The notes under the pieces were generated by a model that was not told where the DNA came from, did not search any database, and worked only from the letters and a program-made list of their open reading frames with translations. From NCBI GenBank assembly GCA_977016875.1, contig CDRNST010000273.1:3038001-3102000 (forward strand): a stretch of DNA of 64,000 nucleotides. The letters are read 5' to 3'. Made by a program: the position numbers and the translations under genes. Origin of the DNA: Pavona decussata. Its lineage: Eukaryota. This document shows positions 63,401 to 64,000 of this stretch, piece by piece (position 1 is the first letter of the stretch; each line of letters begins with the position of its first letter).

Positions 63401-64000
63401 CAAGGGAAATTGAAAAAGGCTTGAGTTATCGGCAGTTCGAGTTGTCGAGGGTAAAATTATATAGGAAAATGACCTAAAGGGAAAGGAAAATTATCTCGAG
63501 TTAGCACGAGGTTTGGGTTAGCGACAGTTCAAGTTATCGGGAGTCGACTGTACTGTAGAAAAAAGGTGCCTAACAGCTCAAGGCTGAAAACAAGTTCTTG
63601 CGACAAATTGGGAAAATACATCAAGCACTGGAGGATTTCCTTCAAACAATTAATGTCAAGCGCCAAGCATATCATAGGCATAGTTTAGTTGGCAATCATA
63701 TTAGCATATGGCTTCAGGTATTGTAGTGTTTGTAGATGACTTCAATAATACAAAGCTGTTTTAACTTCACATACATGTCATAAAAACGACTTGAATGACA
63801 AAAAATTGGGCACTATTGAGTGGTTGATTAAAGAACAACTGTATAAATGTTTTGTTCATTCTTTTAACCAGAGAACAACACGAGAATGAGTGGAACAATA
63901 CCAAATGTCACCAACGAGTTCTGTCCATCTTTGGCCAGTGAGGCAGTCAAAGTTCAAGACAAGTTCCAAACACTGTTGACATAGTTTTCCACCTGCCATT
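60433..64000 (+). pseudogene. RAG1-like/Chapaev transposase: Chapa (RAG1 N-terminal-like) domain + RING + zinc finger + DDE core, at least 9 exons, inactivated
   Basis: HTKHLMEFCRICG..DVHPPRFCKKC..WEPH..CKTC. RING *PVC..QHYFCSDC..CPLC. CKTC..HEC. LAMKVDLSMSW, VKLGGDHGQGSMK, PNSPQNT, FLYGDYKFLCKVMGISGASGRHPCLWC, PGLNISLG, QAYH..SLVGNH. GT donors at 61278, 61668, ~61964, 62319, 62489, 62794, 63247 and 63718. Confidence 0.88.
63374..63550. mobile_element. 177-bp Tc1/mariner-pogo type MITE in an intron
   Basis: TA|CAGTCGACTCCCGATAACTCGAAC ... GTTCAAGTTATCGGGAGTCGACTG|TA. Confidence 0.92.

Larger units (their letters stand above)
59711..64000 (+). mobile_element. Chapaev / RAG1-like transposon (left end at CACGGCG; runs off the window)
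   Basis: The gag frame stops abruptly at CACGGCGCTTTC. CAC termini typify Chapaev, Transib and RAG transposons. A RAG1-like ORF follows. Confidence 0.85.

Overview
Eukaryotic, AT-rich DNA with GT-AG introns. The repeat families (V-domain-like tRNA SINEs, Kolobok, Academ, Chapaev, DIRS) suggest a cnidarian, probably a stony coral; this is inference. No intact host gene, rRNA, true tRNA or CRISPR array is visible. The window is a dense, nested mosaic of mostly decayed transposable elements. In order: Gypsy gag-protease remnant; full-length young L1/Tx1 LINE with TSD and poly(A); Merlin (IS1595-like) transposase back to back with a DUF3987-like P-loop NTPase; AcademH pieces (transposase plus RecQ); Ulp1 protease and a C2H2 gene; several Kolobok elements (KolobokP-type with DEDDh exonuclease, THAP-Kolobok, KolX, probable solo LDR); pogo; off-target R2; CR1/L2; EnSpm/CACTA; and a DIRS/Ngaro-like element carrying two separate RAG1-superfamily transposon insertions. 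Three points stand out. (1) A complete 5.37-kb element (52932-58297) has ~110-bp TIRs and a 2-bp AT TSD. Its transposase aligns by eye with the RAG1/Transib core but lacks all four zinc ligands and CAC termini. (2) A CAC-ended Chapaev/RAG1-like element has the RAG1 N-terminal Cys/His domain, RING, zinc finger and core. (3) 16 of 17 recognisable transposase/retroelement remnants lie on the + strand, as expected for a flamenco-like unistrand piRNA cluster or a giant intron transcribed from the - strand. All family assignments come from motif recognition by eye, not database searches.
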